A stretch of DNA of 64,000 nt from Anaerotignum sp. (GCA_020024255.1 JAHHTX010000001.1:2200-66199); one strand, 5' to 3'. Positions 19,843 to 30,116 are shown, counted from the stretch's first letter. Made by a program: numbers and translations. The notes: generated by a model from the letters alone, not told the origin.

Positions 19843-20925
19843 ATGAAACGAAATAAGGTATTTTCAAAGGTTATGTCTGCCGCTTTGTCTGGTGCGATGC
19901 TACTGAGTCTGGCAGCCTGTGGCACAGCTACGAATGACGCAGGCGAGGCACAAAGCACAGCGGAAAGTCAGAACAAGAAGGATCCTATTGTGATGGTTTG
20001 GTATCCTAACGAATCCGCAGAGGATTATGCTCCTGCAAGAGAGGAGTTCGGAAAGCTGATTGAACAGGCAACTGGTCGTAAGGTAGAGCAAAAGCTGACT
20101 ACGGACTATGCTATCGCCATTGAATCCATTGCTAATGGAACAGCAAGCATTTGTTTCATGGGAGCACAGGGATATGTGGAGGCTAACCAAAAGTCTGATA
20201 ACGTACAGCCCTTATTCGTCAATTCCGGTGCATCTGGTACGTTGGATGATGCCATCTACTATTCCTTCCTTGCTGTGAATGATGAGGACAAAGAACAGTA
20301 CAAAGATGGCACAGAATACAGCATGGACAACATTGCCCAAAAGAAGATGTCTTTTGTCAGCAACAGCTCTACATCTGGATTTAAAGTTCCAACTTCCACT
20401 ATTATTGATTACTTCTCCGCAATGCCGGAATGGGCAGGACTGAATGTTGATATGCTGCTGGAGGGCGGCAAGGATAAGTTCTTCTCCGAAGTGTTGTTTG
20501 GCGGTTCTCACCAAGGTTCTGCAGTGAACTTGCTGACAGGAAAGGCAGACGTTGCTGCTTTCTGCGATACGGAAATCAATCCATATGCAACCCAGGTTGA
20601 AGGAAAGTTGGGAGAAACCGGCTCAGTTTATCAAATCAAGGATGACGCATCTGCTCCATTTGATAAATTCGCAGGGGAGAAGGTTGCAGTGATTCAATCT
20701 ACTCCGGTTATCAATGGCCCCTTTGCCTACAATACAACAACCTTGAGTGCAGATGAAGTAGCAAAGATTCAGGAATTGTTTACATCAGATGAAACAGCAA
20801 ATAATGATAAACTCTTTGTTTCAAAAGAAAGTGGCAATGTTGGTATGTTCACCAAAACAGATAAAGAGAGATTTGTTCTGGTAGAAGACGATTGGTACAA
20901 TCCAATCCGAAACATGGCAAATTAA
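19843..20925 (+). CDS. phnD: Phosphonate ABC transporter substrate-binding lipoprotein
   Basis: Lipobox LAAC; TDYAIAIE, SSTSGFKVP, GSHQ, ADVAA; first gene of the phn operon. Confidence 0.92.
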   Translation: MKRNKVFSKVMSAALSGAMLLSLAACGTATNDAGEAQSTAESQNKKDPIVMVWYPNESAEDYAPAREEFGKLIEQATGRKVEQKLTTDYAIAIESIANGTASICFMGAQGYVEANQKSDNVQPLFVNSGASGTLDDAIYYSFLAVNDEDKEQYKDGTEYSMDNIAQKKMSFVSNSSTSGFKVPTSTIIDYFSAMPEWAGLNVDMLLEGGKDKFFSEVLFGGSHQGSAVNLLTGKADVAAFCDTEINPYATQVEGKLGETGSVYQIKDDASAPFDKFAGEKVAVIQSTPVINGPFAYNTTTLSADEVAKIQELFTSDETANNDKLFVSKESGNVGMFTKTDKERFVLVEDDWYNPIRNMAN

Positions 20926-21021
20926 ACCTATTGAAAATATATAAGGGACGAGAATCGTATTAAAACCATTTATGGATTGTAAACTGTTTTGTTGTGACAC
21001 TATACTTCACAATTAGGTTGG

Positions 21022-21057
21022 AACTGTCGCATGAGGAAAATTATGCGACAGTTTTTT
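21022..21057 (+). terminator. Intra-operon hairpin between phnD and phnC
   Basis: AACTGTCGCAT-N10-ATGCGACAGTT plus T-run. Confidence 0.7.
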
Positions 21058-21090
21058 ATATCCTGATATCCCTTGTAGGAAAGGAATCAT

Positions 21091-21867
21091 ATGGCATTAT
21101 TAGAATTTAAAAACGTCAACAAGATGTACAATGGTGAGACACGTGCACTGAATGATGTGAACTTTTCTGTAAATCGGGGAGAGTTTGTTTCCATCATTGG
21201 TGCATCTGGAGCCGGAAAGTCAACACTACTTCGCAGTGTCAACCGTCTGATTGATGTGGATACCGGAGAGATTCTGTTCGACGGAAAAGAAATTACCAAG
21301 CTGAACAAAAAAGACCTTCGTTCTGTAAGGACACAGGTTGGAATGATTTTTCAGCATTATAATTTGGTCAATCGCCTAAGTGTACTGGAAAATGTACTGC
21401 ATGGCAGACTGGGACAAAAATCTGTTTTTTCGGGAGCCATCGGAAAATATACCGAAGACGAAAAGCAGGAAGCATTTGAAATTCTGAAACTGTTGGGTTT
21501 GGCAGAACAAGCATATAAACGTTGTGATGAGCTTTCTGGCGGGCAGAAACAGCGTGTCGGCATTGCACGAGCCATCATGCAGCGCCCTAAATTGATTTTA
21601 TGTGATGAGCCGATTGCATCTCTTGACCCCAGTTCAGCTAAAGTCATCATGGATCATCTGAAAGAAATTAACCAGAAAATGCAAATCACCTGTCTGGTTA
21701 ATCTCCATCAGGTAGACGTTGCGAAGAACTATTCTGAACGAATTATCGGTGTAAATGCAGGAAGAATCGTCTATGATGGAAGTCCCGAAAATCTTACACG
21801 GCAGGAAATCCACCGAATCTACGGTTCTAAAACGGGAGATTTGATTACAGACATGGAGGAGAAGTAA
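21091..21867 (+). CDS. phnC: Phosphonate ABC transporter ATPase
   Basis: GASGAGKS, LSGGQKQRVGIARA, DEPIASLDP, NLHQ. Confidence 0.95.
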   Translation: MALLEFKNVNKMYNGETRALNDVNFSVNRGEFVSIIGASGAGKSTLLRSVNRLIDVDTGEILFDGKEITKLNKKDLRSVRTQVGMIFQHYNLVNRLSVLENVLHGRLGQKSVFSGAIGKYTEDEKQEAFEILKLLGLAEQAYKRCDELSGGQKQRVGIARAIMQRPKLILCDEPIASLDPSSAKVIMDHLKEINQKMQITCLVNLHQVDVAKNYSERIIGVNAGRIVYDGSPENLTRQEIHRIYGSKTGDLITDMEEK

Positions 21868-21869
21868 GC

Positions 21870-22661
21870 ATGGAAAATCAAAAAGACCTTTTTCGGAAGA
21901 AAAGGAAGAACCAAACCATGATACTGTTGGTGATATTGGCACTGTTTTTCATTTCTTCGTTACTGTCAAACTTTAACCCCGTTGATGGAGTGAAGTCCGT
22001 CCCAAAGGCAGTTGTATGGATGGCATCGAACCTGATTCCAGATGCAAAGGCATTTCAGAGACTTCCAAAAATTGCAAAGCAGTTGTCTGACACCATTTTA
22101 CTGAGTGTGGCAGTGACAGTGATTGCAGGAATATTTGCTTTCGGGTTCAGTTTGTATGGCTCTAGGACGACAAGGACAAATCCCACCGTGAGCAAATGCA
22201 TTCGTATGGTTGCCGCTTTTTTTAGGAATGTCCCCGATGTGGTATGGGCCATGCTGTTTCTGTTTTCCTTTGGGCAGAATATGGTCACAGGTTTTTTGGC
22301 TTTGTTCTTTACCACATTCGGTTTATTGACAAGAGCCTTTATTGAGACCATAGACGAGGTCAGTTCAGACTGTATTGAAACGCTGGAAGCAACAGGTGCA
22401 ACATTCCTGCAAATCGTATTTCAGGGAATCTTTCCGACCTCTATTGAGGGAATCATCACATGGATTCTCTACATGATTGAAACCAACATCCGTTCTTCGA
22501 CGCTGATTGGCATTTTGACAGCCACAGGAATTGGCTATCAATTCGATTTGTACTATAAACGCTTGGAATTTGGGTCGGTGGGACTGGTTGTTATTCTCAT
22601 TGTTATCGTTGTCGTCCTAATCGAAACGATTTCTAATCAAATAAGGAGGGCGATTCTGTAA
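21870..22661 (+). CDS. phnE: Phosphonate ABC transporter permease
   Basis: RNVPDVVWA, EAA-like loop ETLEATGA, ETNIRSST. Confidence 0.9.
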   Translation: MENQKDLFRKKRKNQTMILLVILALFFISSLLSNFNPVDGVKSVPKAVVWMASNLIPDAKAFQRLPKIAKQLSDTILLSVAVTVIAGIFAFGFSLYGSRTTRTNPTVSKCIRMVAAFFRNVPDVVWAMLFLFSFGQNMVTGFLALFFTTFGLLTRAFIETIDEVSSDCIETLEATGATFLQIVFQGIFPTSIEGIITWILYMIETNIRSSTLIGILTATGIGYQFDLYYKRLEFGSVGLVVILIVIVVVLIETISNQIRRAIL

Positions 22662-22662
22662 A

Positions 22663-23508
22663 ATGCAAACAAAGACATTACCATGTCCTATCTCTCTTCA
22701 GCAGGACAAAAAGGGACGTATGAAGATTGCAGTCAAGAGCAAAAGTTCCATAGCCATTCGATGGACAATTATCAGCCTTATCATGCTTACAATTCTGGCA
22801 TTTTTCACTTTGGAACGCAAAGAAATTGAAGTTGGAACGGCAATCGTGGACACTTTCCATAACTTTGCAACAGCCTTTTTTCACCCTAAACTCCACTATC
22901 TTACATTTGGGAAAATGCTTTATCAGTTAGCCGTAACATTTTCACTTGGTGCATTGTCTACGATTATCGGTGCATTGATTGCGTTTTTCTGTTCGCTGCT
23001 GTGTGCCGGCAATATTTCAAATCCCAAGGTGGCGACTGTTGTTAAGGCTTTTGTATCCTTTATTCGAGCAGTGCCGACAATATTATGGGTGCTCATTTTT
23101 GCAGTCTCTGCGGGAGTCGGCAGTATCGCTGCCGTCGTTGGATTGACCTTCCACAGTATCAGCTATCTTGTGAAGGCATACGCAGAGTCCATCGAAGAAA
23201 TCGACAATGGCACCATTGAAGCACTGAAAGCCAGCGGAGCCTCTTACTGGCAAATCGTGTTTCAGGCAATTCTGCCTTCCTCAATGAGTTTAATGTTGTC
23301 ATGGACATTTATGCGGTTTGAAATCAATTTTGCCAATGCTGTGGCGATTGGAGCGGCTGCAGGTGCAGGCGGTATTGGATATGATCTGTTCATGTCCGGT
23401 AGTTTTTACTTCGACTTGCAGGAAACGGGATATTTAACTATCGTCATTGTCATTGCGGTTATCCTATTGGAAATGATTTCTACAAAGGTAAAAGAAAGGA
23501 TTAAATGA
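22663..23508 (+). CDS. phnE: Phosphonate ABC transporter permease (second)
   Basis: RAVPTILW, IEALKASGAS, RFEINF..GAGGIG. Confidence 0.9.
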   Translation: MQTKTLPCPISLQQDKKGRMKIAVKSKSSIAIRWTIISLIMLTILAFFTLERKEIEVGTAIVDTFHNFATAFFHPKLHYLTFGKMLYQLAVTFSLGALSTIIGALIAFFCSLLCAGNISNPKVATVVKAFVSFIRAVPTILWVLIFAVSAGVGSIAAVVGLTFHSISYLVKAYAESIEEIDNGTIEALKASGASYWQIVFQAILPSSMSLMLSWTFMRFEINFANAVAIGAAAGAGGIGYDLFMSGSFYFDLQETGYLTIVIVIAVILLEMISTKVKERIK

Positions 23509-23939
23509 TGGAGAAAAGAAGATTGTTTCGCATTATGGTTGGTGCGAAAAAGGAAAAATTACAAGCACTTTCACAACTCGTTCAGGACAGTGGCGATGTG
23601 CTCATCATCAAGGAACCGAGCAAGACACTTACTATGATAAAGATGCGTGAACCTGTCCGAAACAGTTTGTTTTACATCGGTGAAGTCATGGTTACAGAAA
23701 CCATCGTGGAAATGAACAAGGTCAAGGGTATGGCAGTCACGATGGGAGATGATTTTGAGAAAGTATTGGCAATGGCAGTTATCGACTGTGGCTTCAATAA
23801 CCATCTTCCGGTCATGAAAAAAATTGAAGAGGAGCTATTGGCTTTGGAGGCAGAACAGATAGCAAAACATGAGCAGGAAAATGCCATGTACCTCAAGACA
23901 ATGGTAAATTTCAATACAATGTCAGGAGGCGAAGCATAA
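23505..23939 (+). CDS. phnG: C-P lyase subunit PhnG
   Basis: FYIGEVMVTE, AVID, TMVNFNTM; operon position. Confidence 0.9.
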   Translation: MMEKRRLFRIMVGAKKEKLQALSQLVQDSGDVLIIKEPSKTLTMIKMREPVRNSLFYIGEVMVTETIVEMNKVKGMAVTMGDDFEKVLAMAVIDCGFNNHLPVMKKIEEELLALEAEQIAKHEQENAMYLKTMVNFNTMSGGEA

Positions 23940-24511
23940 TGAAAAAAATTCATGATTTTGATATTGTTCATGATGGACAGCATGTATTTCGGTTGATGCT
24001 GAAAGCAATGTCCAATCCGCTGCAAAGGGTAGAACTTGCACCCTATGCGGAGAAACTGTATGGCGATAATAAAGCCTTCCTTACTGTTGCATTCACATTG
24101 TTGGACAATGAAACCACATTTTTTACGTTCGGCAATACTGCCCTGCGGGAGGATATTGTTTCTCTCACACTGTCTTCTGAGGTAGATTGCAGCCATGCAG
24201 ACTTTATTTTCGTGGAACAGGAAGATATGCTCAAAACTGCAATCGAAGAAGCCAAGTGTGGCACACTGGCAGATCCACATAAGTCAGCGACCATTGTGGT
24301 CAAGATACCGCAAAAAAAAGATATCCGTTTGACGATGACCGGCCCCGGTATCGACGGCACGATTTCCATTGATACGAATGCTATGGTGGAAAAAGCAGTC
24401 ACTTGGAGAGGTGAGATGTACTTTGAATACCCCCAAGGTTTGGATTTCCTGTTCGTAGATGATGGGGGGACGTTGTTCACGATTCCTCGTCTAGTCAAAA
24501 AGGAGGGATGA
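23939..24511 (+). CDS. phnH: C-P lyase subunit PhnH
   Basis: QHVFR..AMSNP, TLLD, GTLADPHKSAT, TGPGI, YPQGLD. Confidence 0.92.
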   Translation: MKKIHDFDIVHDGQHVFRLMLKAMSNPLQRVELAPYAEKLYGDNKAFLTVAFTLLDNETTFFTFGNTALREDIVSLTLSSEVDCSHADFIFVEQEDMLKTAIEEAKCGTLADPHKSATIVVKIPQKKDIRLTMTGPGIDGTISIDTNAMVEKAVTWRGEMYFEYPQGLDFLFVDDGGTLFTIPRLVKKEG

Positions 24512-24515
24512 GAAA

Positions 24516-25583
24516 ATGGCATATGTAGCAGTATCGGGTGGCAGAGAAGCCATTGAAGAAAGCATCAAGCTGCTGGATTATTACCGCAGTGGCACAGAGC
24601 AGGACATTGAACTGGAAGCCATTGAAAAGAAGATGGGACTTCTGATAGACCGTGTGATGAGCGAAGCAGGATTCTACGACAGACACTATGCTGCTTTGGC
24701 ATTGAAGCAGAGTGAAGGTGCTGTGGAAGAAGCAGTTTTTCTACTACGGGCGTATCGCTCCACGTTAACACGAAATTATTACACAAATACTGTAGATGCT
24801 GATGGTATGCGTATTATTCGACGGATATCTGCCGCATTTAAGGATATCGAAGGCGGTCAGATTTTGGGTGCGACCTACGATTACACCCACCGTCTGCTGA
24901 ATTTTGATTTGGAGCATGAAACTAGCGGTGAACTTCTGGAAAGAGTGCAGACTATGCTGAAGGAAGCAGGCAGAGAAAAAATTGAACCCTGTAAGCGTGT
25001 TTCTCAGGAACTGAAAAAAGAGGGGCTCATAGATGATGTGCCGCTTAATGAAGAAACTCCCTTTGATGTAACCGAAAATATGTTGGAGTTCCCAGCTCCC
25101 CGCAGTGCAAGACTGCAAACACTGAGCCGAGCGGATACAGGTTATATCTCCGGTCTTGCCTACTCCTGCCTGCGTGGTTTTGGTCAGGTACACCCTACGG
25201 TGGGCGAACTTCGGAGCGGTTATGTAGAACTAGATGTGCCATATCTCTTTGACAAAGAGGAAAGCATCTGCATTGGTGAGATCTTGATAACAGAAGTGGA
25301 ATCTTTCTCCGAAGCAGACGATGGGGACAAGCTGAAACTTTCTGTCGGTTACGGTGCAGTATTCGGCAGAAATGAAAACAAAGCCATTGCAATGTCTATC
25401 TTAGACAAGGCACTGGAAAAGGAGGGGAAAGCCCCGACAAATGACCAGGAATTTGTACTGATGCACGGCGACAGCTTGGAGATGAACGGTTTTATCTCCC
25501 ACCTGAAGCTGCCTCACTACGTGACGTTCCAGTCGAAACTTGATGCCGTTCGCAAGACAAGAGGGGGAAAAACTGATGAATAA
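24516..25583 (+). CDS. phnI: C-P lyase subunit PhnI
   Basis: YVAVSGGREAI, EAVFLLRAYRSTL, RRISAAFKD, HLKLPHYVTFQS. Confidence 0.96.
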   Translation: MAYVAVSGGREAIEESIKLLDYYRSGTEQDIELEAIEKKMGLLIDRVMSEAGFYDRHYAALALKQSEGAVEEAVFLLRAYRSTLTRNYYTNTVDADGMRIIRRISAAFKDIEGGQILGATYDYTHRLLNFDLEHETSGELLERVQTMLKEAGREKIEPCKRVSQELKKEGLIDDVPLNEETPFDVTENMLEFPAPRSARLQTLSRADTGYISGLAYSCLRGFGQVHPTVGELRSGYVELDVPYLFDKEESICIGEILITEVESFSEADDGDKLKLSVGYGAVFGRNENKAIAMSILDKALEKEGKAPTNDQEFVLMHGDSLEMNGFISHLKLPHYVTFQSKLDAVRKTRGGKTDE

Positions 25584-26418
25584 GAACTACAACTTCGCAT
25601 TTTTGGACGAAGGCTCAAAGCGTGAGATTCGGAGAACGATTTTAAAGGCTGTGGCAATTCCGGGTTATCAGGTTCCTTTTGGTTCCAGAGAGCTGCCCAT
25701 TGGTCGAGGCTGGGGTACCGGTGGTATCCAAATCACCCTCTCTCTCATTGGGCAGGAAGATGTGTTGAAGGTCATTGATCAGGGCAGTGATGAAAGTGTT
25801 AATGCGGTCAATATCAAGAAATTCGTCCAGAGTTGCACTGATGTGCGTACCACATCGGATACCCATAAAGCAACGCTGATTCAGACAAGACACCGTATTC
25901 CTGAAATCCCACTGACAAACGACCAGATTTTGGTGTTTCAAGTGCCCATACCCGAACCGCTCCGTATCGTAGAGCCACGGGAAGAAGTAACAAAGAAAAT
26001 GCACGCTGAAAGTGACTATGCCCCCATTTGGCTGCAACTTTACGAAAGCATTATCAAGTATAAAAAGGTGACGATTTCTTCAGAATACCCTTGCATGGTG
26101 GAGAATCGATACATTATGAATCCCAGTCCAATTCCCAAATTCGACAACGACAAGCTGAATGATTCGGAATGTCTGTATTTGTTTGGTGCAGGCAGAGAGA
26201 AGAAGATTTATGCTATCCCACCCCATACAAAGGTTGTTTCTTTAGCGTTTGACGACATTCCCTTTGAAAAAGAGGACTTCAAGGGAAAATGCTGCCGTCT
26301 TTGTGGAAGCAGTGACACTTATCTGGATGAAATTATTGACAGTGCAACCGGTGAGAAGTATTACCAGTGCAGTGATACTTCCTATTGTGAGGAGGTAAGA
26401 AAAAATGGTGTTAGATGA
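25576..26418 (+). CDS. phnJ: Radical-SAM C-P lyase PhnJ
   Basis: YNFAFLDEGSKREIRR, GWGTGG, CRLC..CSDTSYC cysteine motif. Confidence 0.97.
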   Translation: MNKNYNFAFLDEGSKREIRRTILKAVAIPGYQVPFGSRELPIGRGWGTGGIQITLSLIGQEDVLKVIDQGSDESVNAVNIKKFVQSCTDVRTTSDTHKATLIQTRHRIPEIPLTNDQILVFQVPIPEPLRIVEPREEVTKKMHAESDYAPIWLQLYESIIKYKKVTISSEYPCMVENRYIMNPSPIPKFDNDKLNDSECLYLFGAGREKKIYAIPPHTKVVSLAFDDIPFEKEDFKGKCCRLCGSSDTYLDEIIDSATGEKYYQCSDTSYCEEVRKNGVR

Positions 26419-27238
26419 AAAGCCTGTTCTGAAGGTGAACAACTTGGTTGTTCGGTACGGTAAGGGTTGCCCCGATTGTCAGCAGAATTTGGAAAAGAAC
26501 CGTTGTAAGATTTGTGGAACTGTTTGGGCGTGTAATGATGTGTCTTTGGAGGTTTATCCCGGTGAAATTTTGGGCATTGTGGGAGAGTCCGGCTCCGGAA
26601 AGTCCACGCTGATGAAAAGCCTGTACTTTGATTTTCCCACCACCAGTGGAAGTGCCTACCTTTCAGAATACCAGAACGGCGAAAGTGATATCTGGCAGGC
26701 AAGTGCAGGACAGCAGCGAATGATTCGCAACACAATCATGGGCATGGTCTACCAGAATCCTGTCATGGGTCTTCGAATGGATTATTCCTCTGCATCTAAT
26801 ATAGCCGAAAAAATCATTGCTGCCGGTGCTCGTAATGCCGGACAAATGACTAGCCGTGCAGAAGAACTGCTTAGTGCAGTTGAGATATTGACCTCCCGCA
26901 TGCAGGAAGCCCCAAAGAATTTCTCCGGCGGTATGCAGCAGCGAGTGCAGATTTCCAAAGCACTGGCAAACAATCCATCTATTCTTTTGCTTGATGAGGT
27001 AACGACTGGATTGGATTTGTCTGTGCAGGCAAAAGTTTTGGATTTGATTCGGAAAATCAAGGCTAAATATGGGATTTCCGTTTTATTGGTTTCTCATGAT
27101 TTGGCAGTTATCCGGATGCTGGCAGACAGAACCATCGTGATGCTTGACGGCAAAATCATTGAAAGCGGCTTAACGGATCAAATTTTGGAAGACCCACAGG
27201 AAGCATATACACAACAACTCGTACATTCCCTACTGTAA
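26405..27238 (+). CDS. phnK: C-P lyase ABC ATPase PhnK
   Basis: GESGSGKS, FSGGMQQR, TGLDLSVQA, DQILEDPQ..YTQQLV. Confidence 0.94.
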   Translation: MVLDEKPVLKVNNLVVRYGKGCPDCQQNLEKNRCKICGTVWACNDVSLEVYPGEILGIVGESGSGKSTLMKSLYFDFPTTSGSAYLSEYQNGESDIWQASAGQQRMIRNTIMGMVYQNPVMGLRMDYSSASNIAEKIIAAGARNAGQMTSRAEELLSAVEILTSRMQEAPKNFSGGMQQRVQISKALANNPSILLLDEVTTGLDLSVQAKVLDLIRKIKAKYGISVLLVSHDLAVIRMLADRTIVMLDGKIIESGLTDQILEDPQEAYTQQLVHSLL

Positions 27239-27251
27239 GGAGGAAGTTTAA

Positions 27252-28427
27252 GTGAAAGCAATCAAAAATGGCAGAATCATTACCCCTGACGGAATTGTTG
27301 ATCACAAAAACATTATCATTGATGGGGATACTATCGTAGATATGGTTTCGGAAATTGATGAAGGTGATTTTGAGCGGGTGATCAATGCCCATGGACGGTA
27401 TATCATGCCTGGATTTATTGATATCCACAGCGACAAAATCGAACAGTTTATTCAGCCAAGACCTACTGCGGTGATGGATTTTGAACTTTCTATGAAAGAG
27501 TGTGAACGGGAACTGTTGTTTCAGGGTATCACAACAATGTATCATTCTTTATCTCTGTATAAAGATGAGCTGTTCGGCTCAGCAGCAGTCCGCAAAAGGG
27601 AAAATGTCGAAAAATTGGCAGACCTGATTCACGATATCCATCAGCGGTATCATCTGATTCATCATCGATTCCACTTGCGTATCGAAATCGATAATTTGGA
27701 CGCTTATGGCATTGTCAAGGCAATGATTGAACAAAATCTGGTTCATGAAATTTCGTTTATGGATCACACACCTGGTCAAGGTCAGTACCGCAATTTAGAA
27801 ATCTACAGAAAGACAGTAGAGGGATATGGCAGCGAAGAGCTGAAAAAGACTGGATTTGACGGTGTTATGGAACAGCATAGAAACAAGCAGATGCTTTCCT
27901 TTGAACAGCTGCAATCGCTGACGAATTTGGCACACGAACATGGCATAGCTGTTGCTTCCCATGATGATGATACTGCGGAAAAGTTGAATGTCAATCGTCA
28001 GTTGGGTGTGGATATTTCAGAATTTCCCATCACCATCGAAACTGCAAAGCAGGCAAAACAGATGGGTTTCTATACGGTGGCAGGTGCTCCCAACATTCTT
28101 TTAGGTGGCTCACACAGCGGCAATATGAGTGCCGCAGAGGCTATTCTTGCAGACTGTGTAGATGTGCTCTGCTCTGACTATTATCCGCCTGCATTGCTGC
28201 ATAGTATCTTTGCAATGAACGAAAAACACGGAATCCCACTGTGGGAAATCGTGAAAAAAGTTACACTCAACCCGGCAAAAGCAGTGAACATCGCACAGGA
28301 TTACGGTTCCATCGAAGTGGGTAAGAAGGCAGATTTGCTGATTGTCGATGTTCTGGATGGCTATCCCGTCATTACACATACAATTGTAGACGGTGTTATT
28401 GCATCCCGTATTGAATACAGGAGGTAG
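27252..28427 (+). CDS. phnM: Ribose 1-methylphosphonate 5-triphosphate diphosphatase
   Basis: PGFIDIHSD, MDHTPGQGQ, ASHDD, SEFP, GAPN..GGSHSGN, SDYYP. Confidence 0.95.
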   Translation: MKAIKNGRIITPDGIVDHKNIIIDGDTIVDMVSEIDEGDFERVINAHGRYIMPGFIDIHSDKIEQFIQPRPTAVMDFELSMKECERELLFQGITTMYHSLSLYKDELFGSAAVRKRENVEKLADLIHDIHQRYHLIHHRFHLRIEIDNLDAYGIVKAMIEQNLVHEISFMDHTPGQGQYRNLEIYRKTVEGYGSEELKKTGFDGVMEQHRNKQMLSFEQLQSLTNLAHEHGIAVASHDDDTAEKLNVNRQLGVDISEFPITIETAKQAKQMGFYTVAGAPNILLGGSHSGNMSAAEAILADCVDVLCSDYYPPALLHSIFAMNEKHGIPLWEIVKKVTLNPAKAVNIAQDYGSIEVGKKADLLIVDVLDGYPVITHTIVDGVIASRIEYRR

Positions 28428-28429
28428 GT

Positions 28430-29125
28430 ATGAGTATGCTAAAAATTGAAGGTCTCACAAAAAATTTTTATCTGCACAATGTTCAGCGTGAAATCAAGTC
28501 TTGTTCCCATATTTCCTTTACTTTGGATCAAGGGGAATTTATTGGCATTATTGGGCTTTCCGGTGCAGGTAAGTCTACGATTATGAAGTGCATCAATCGT
28601 ACTTATCTTCCTATGCAGGGAAGTATCCTTTATGACAGCCTTGCGTTTGGTGAAATTGATTTGTGCCAAGCAACCGAACGGCAGATGCTGTATTTGCGAA
28701 AGTACGAGATTGGATATGTGTCCCAGTTCCTGAATGTCATGCCCCGTACCACCGCCAAGGAACACGTTATGAATGCTCTTCTGGATATGGGAAAGAGCGA
28801 AACGGTGGCAGAACAGGAAGCAGCTGAGATGCTTTCCTATTTCAAGCTCTCAGAAGATTTGTGGGACATTTATCCCAACACCTTTTCGGGAGGTGAGCGT
28901 TTGCGGTTGAATCTTGCACATACAATGGTCAAGAAACCTCGGCTAATGCTTCTGGATGAGCCAACGGCATCTCTCGACAACAAAACCAAAATACTGGTAA
29001 AGGAAATGCTCCAAAAGCTGAAAAACAAGGACACTGCAATGCTGGGAATTTTCCATGACTTAGAGTTTATGGACGGTATTTGCGACAAGGTTTTTAATAT
29101 TTCGGAAGGAGAATTTCAATGCTGA
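28430..29125 (+). CDS. phnL: C-P lyase ATPase PhnL
   Basis: GLSGAGKS, IGYVSQFL, TFSGGE, DEPTASLD, GIFHD. Confidence 0.94.
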   Translation: MSMLKIEGLTKNFYLHNVQREIKSCSHISFTLDQGEFIGIIGLSGAGKSTIMKCINRTYLPMQGSILYDSLAFGEIDLCQATERQMLYLRKYEIGYVSQFLNVMPRTTAKEHVMNALLDMGKSETVAEQEAAEMLSYFKLSEDLWDIYPNTFSGGERLRLNLAHTMVKKPRLMLLDEPTASLDNKTKILVKEMLQKLKNKDTAMLGIFHDLEFMDGICDKVFNISEGEFQC

Positions 29126-29925
29126 GAGCAGATCTACATATACACTCAACAGTGTCTGACGGCAGTGAGAGCATTTCTGCATTGATTTCTGCTGCCACAA
29201 AGAATGGTTTAGACGCCATTGCCATTACTGATCACGATACTTTATCTCACAAGAGACAGATTCCCAAGGAAACTCCGATTTTCGTGACAGCAGGTATTGA
29301 GATTTCGGCAATAGACCGCCATACAAATACAAAAGCACATATTTTGGGTTACAACATCCAAGATGATGCCATGGTGGAGGCACTGACTATACCGCTGTTG
29401 GAGCAAAGACATAACAATTCCCTAAAGCAAATCCGAATTTTGCAGGAGCATGGATATGAAATCGACATCCATGGGCTCAACAAGGCAGACGGTAAATATA
29501 TCTACAAACAGCATATCATGGAATATCTCTACAAAACAGGTCAAATTCCGGAGAGGTTTGGAGAATTTTATCAGCGTGTTTTCAAAAACGGCGGATATTG
29601 CGATTTTGACATTACATATATCGACGTATTCGACGCAGTAAAAACCATAACCGCTGCCGGAGGGAAAGCGGTTCTTGCCCATAGTGGACAACAGCAGAAT
29701 TTTTATCTCATTGATCAGTTGGTTCCCTTGGGACTGGCAGGATTAGAATATAATCATCCGGCAAATTCGCCAGAAGATAAAAAGGTGATATTGGAGTATG
29801 CCCAAAAATATCATCTGTTTTTGACTGGCGGGAGCGATTTCCACGGCTCAAATGACAAAATGCCACATAAAATCGGCGATTTTATCTCCGATGCAAGCGG
29901 AATCGAAGCCATATATCCCAATTAA
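29119..29925 (+). CDS. PHP-family hydrolase, probable phosphoribosyl 1,2-cyclic phosphate diphosphodiesterase (PhnPP-like)
   Basis: DLHIHSTVSDG, TDHDT, HILGY, LAH, TGGSDFHG; last gene of the phn operon. Confidence 0.8.
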   Translation: MLRADLHIHSTVSDGSESISALISAATKNGLDAIAITDHDTLSHKRQIPKETPIFVTAGIEISAIDRHTNTKAHILGYNIQDDAMVEALTIPLLEQRHNNSLKQIRILQEHGYEIDIHGLNKADGKYIYKQHIMEYLYKTGQIPERFGEFYQRVFKNGGYCDFDITYIDVFDAVKTITAAGGKAVLAHSGQQQNFYLIDQLVPLGLAGLEYNHPANSPEDKKVILEYAQKYHLFLTGGSDFHGSNDKMPHKIGDFISDASGIEAIYPN

Positions 29926-30116
29926 ATCAGATGCGTTCTACAGAACCCAACAAACCCTATGGTAGTTGTGGCAGTGTGGATACCTGTTTTGCAGAATAAA
30001 ACAAGGCAATAATCCAGTTTGCGGTTTTGCACGAAAAAGGAATTTCGTGCTGGAATATTAAAAACAACCAGTAAAGATATTGATAGATTGATACAATCAA
30101 TGCAAATATACGAAAC

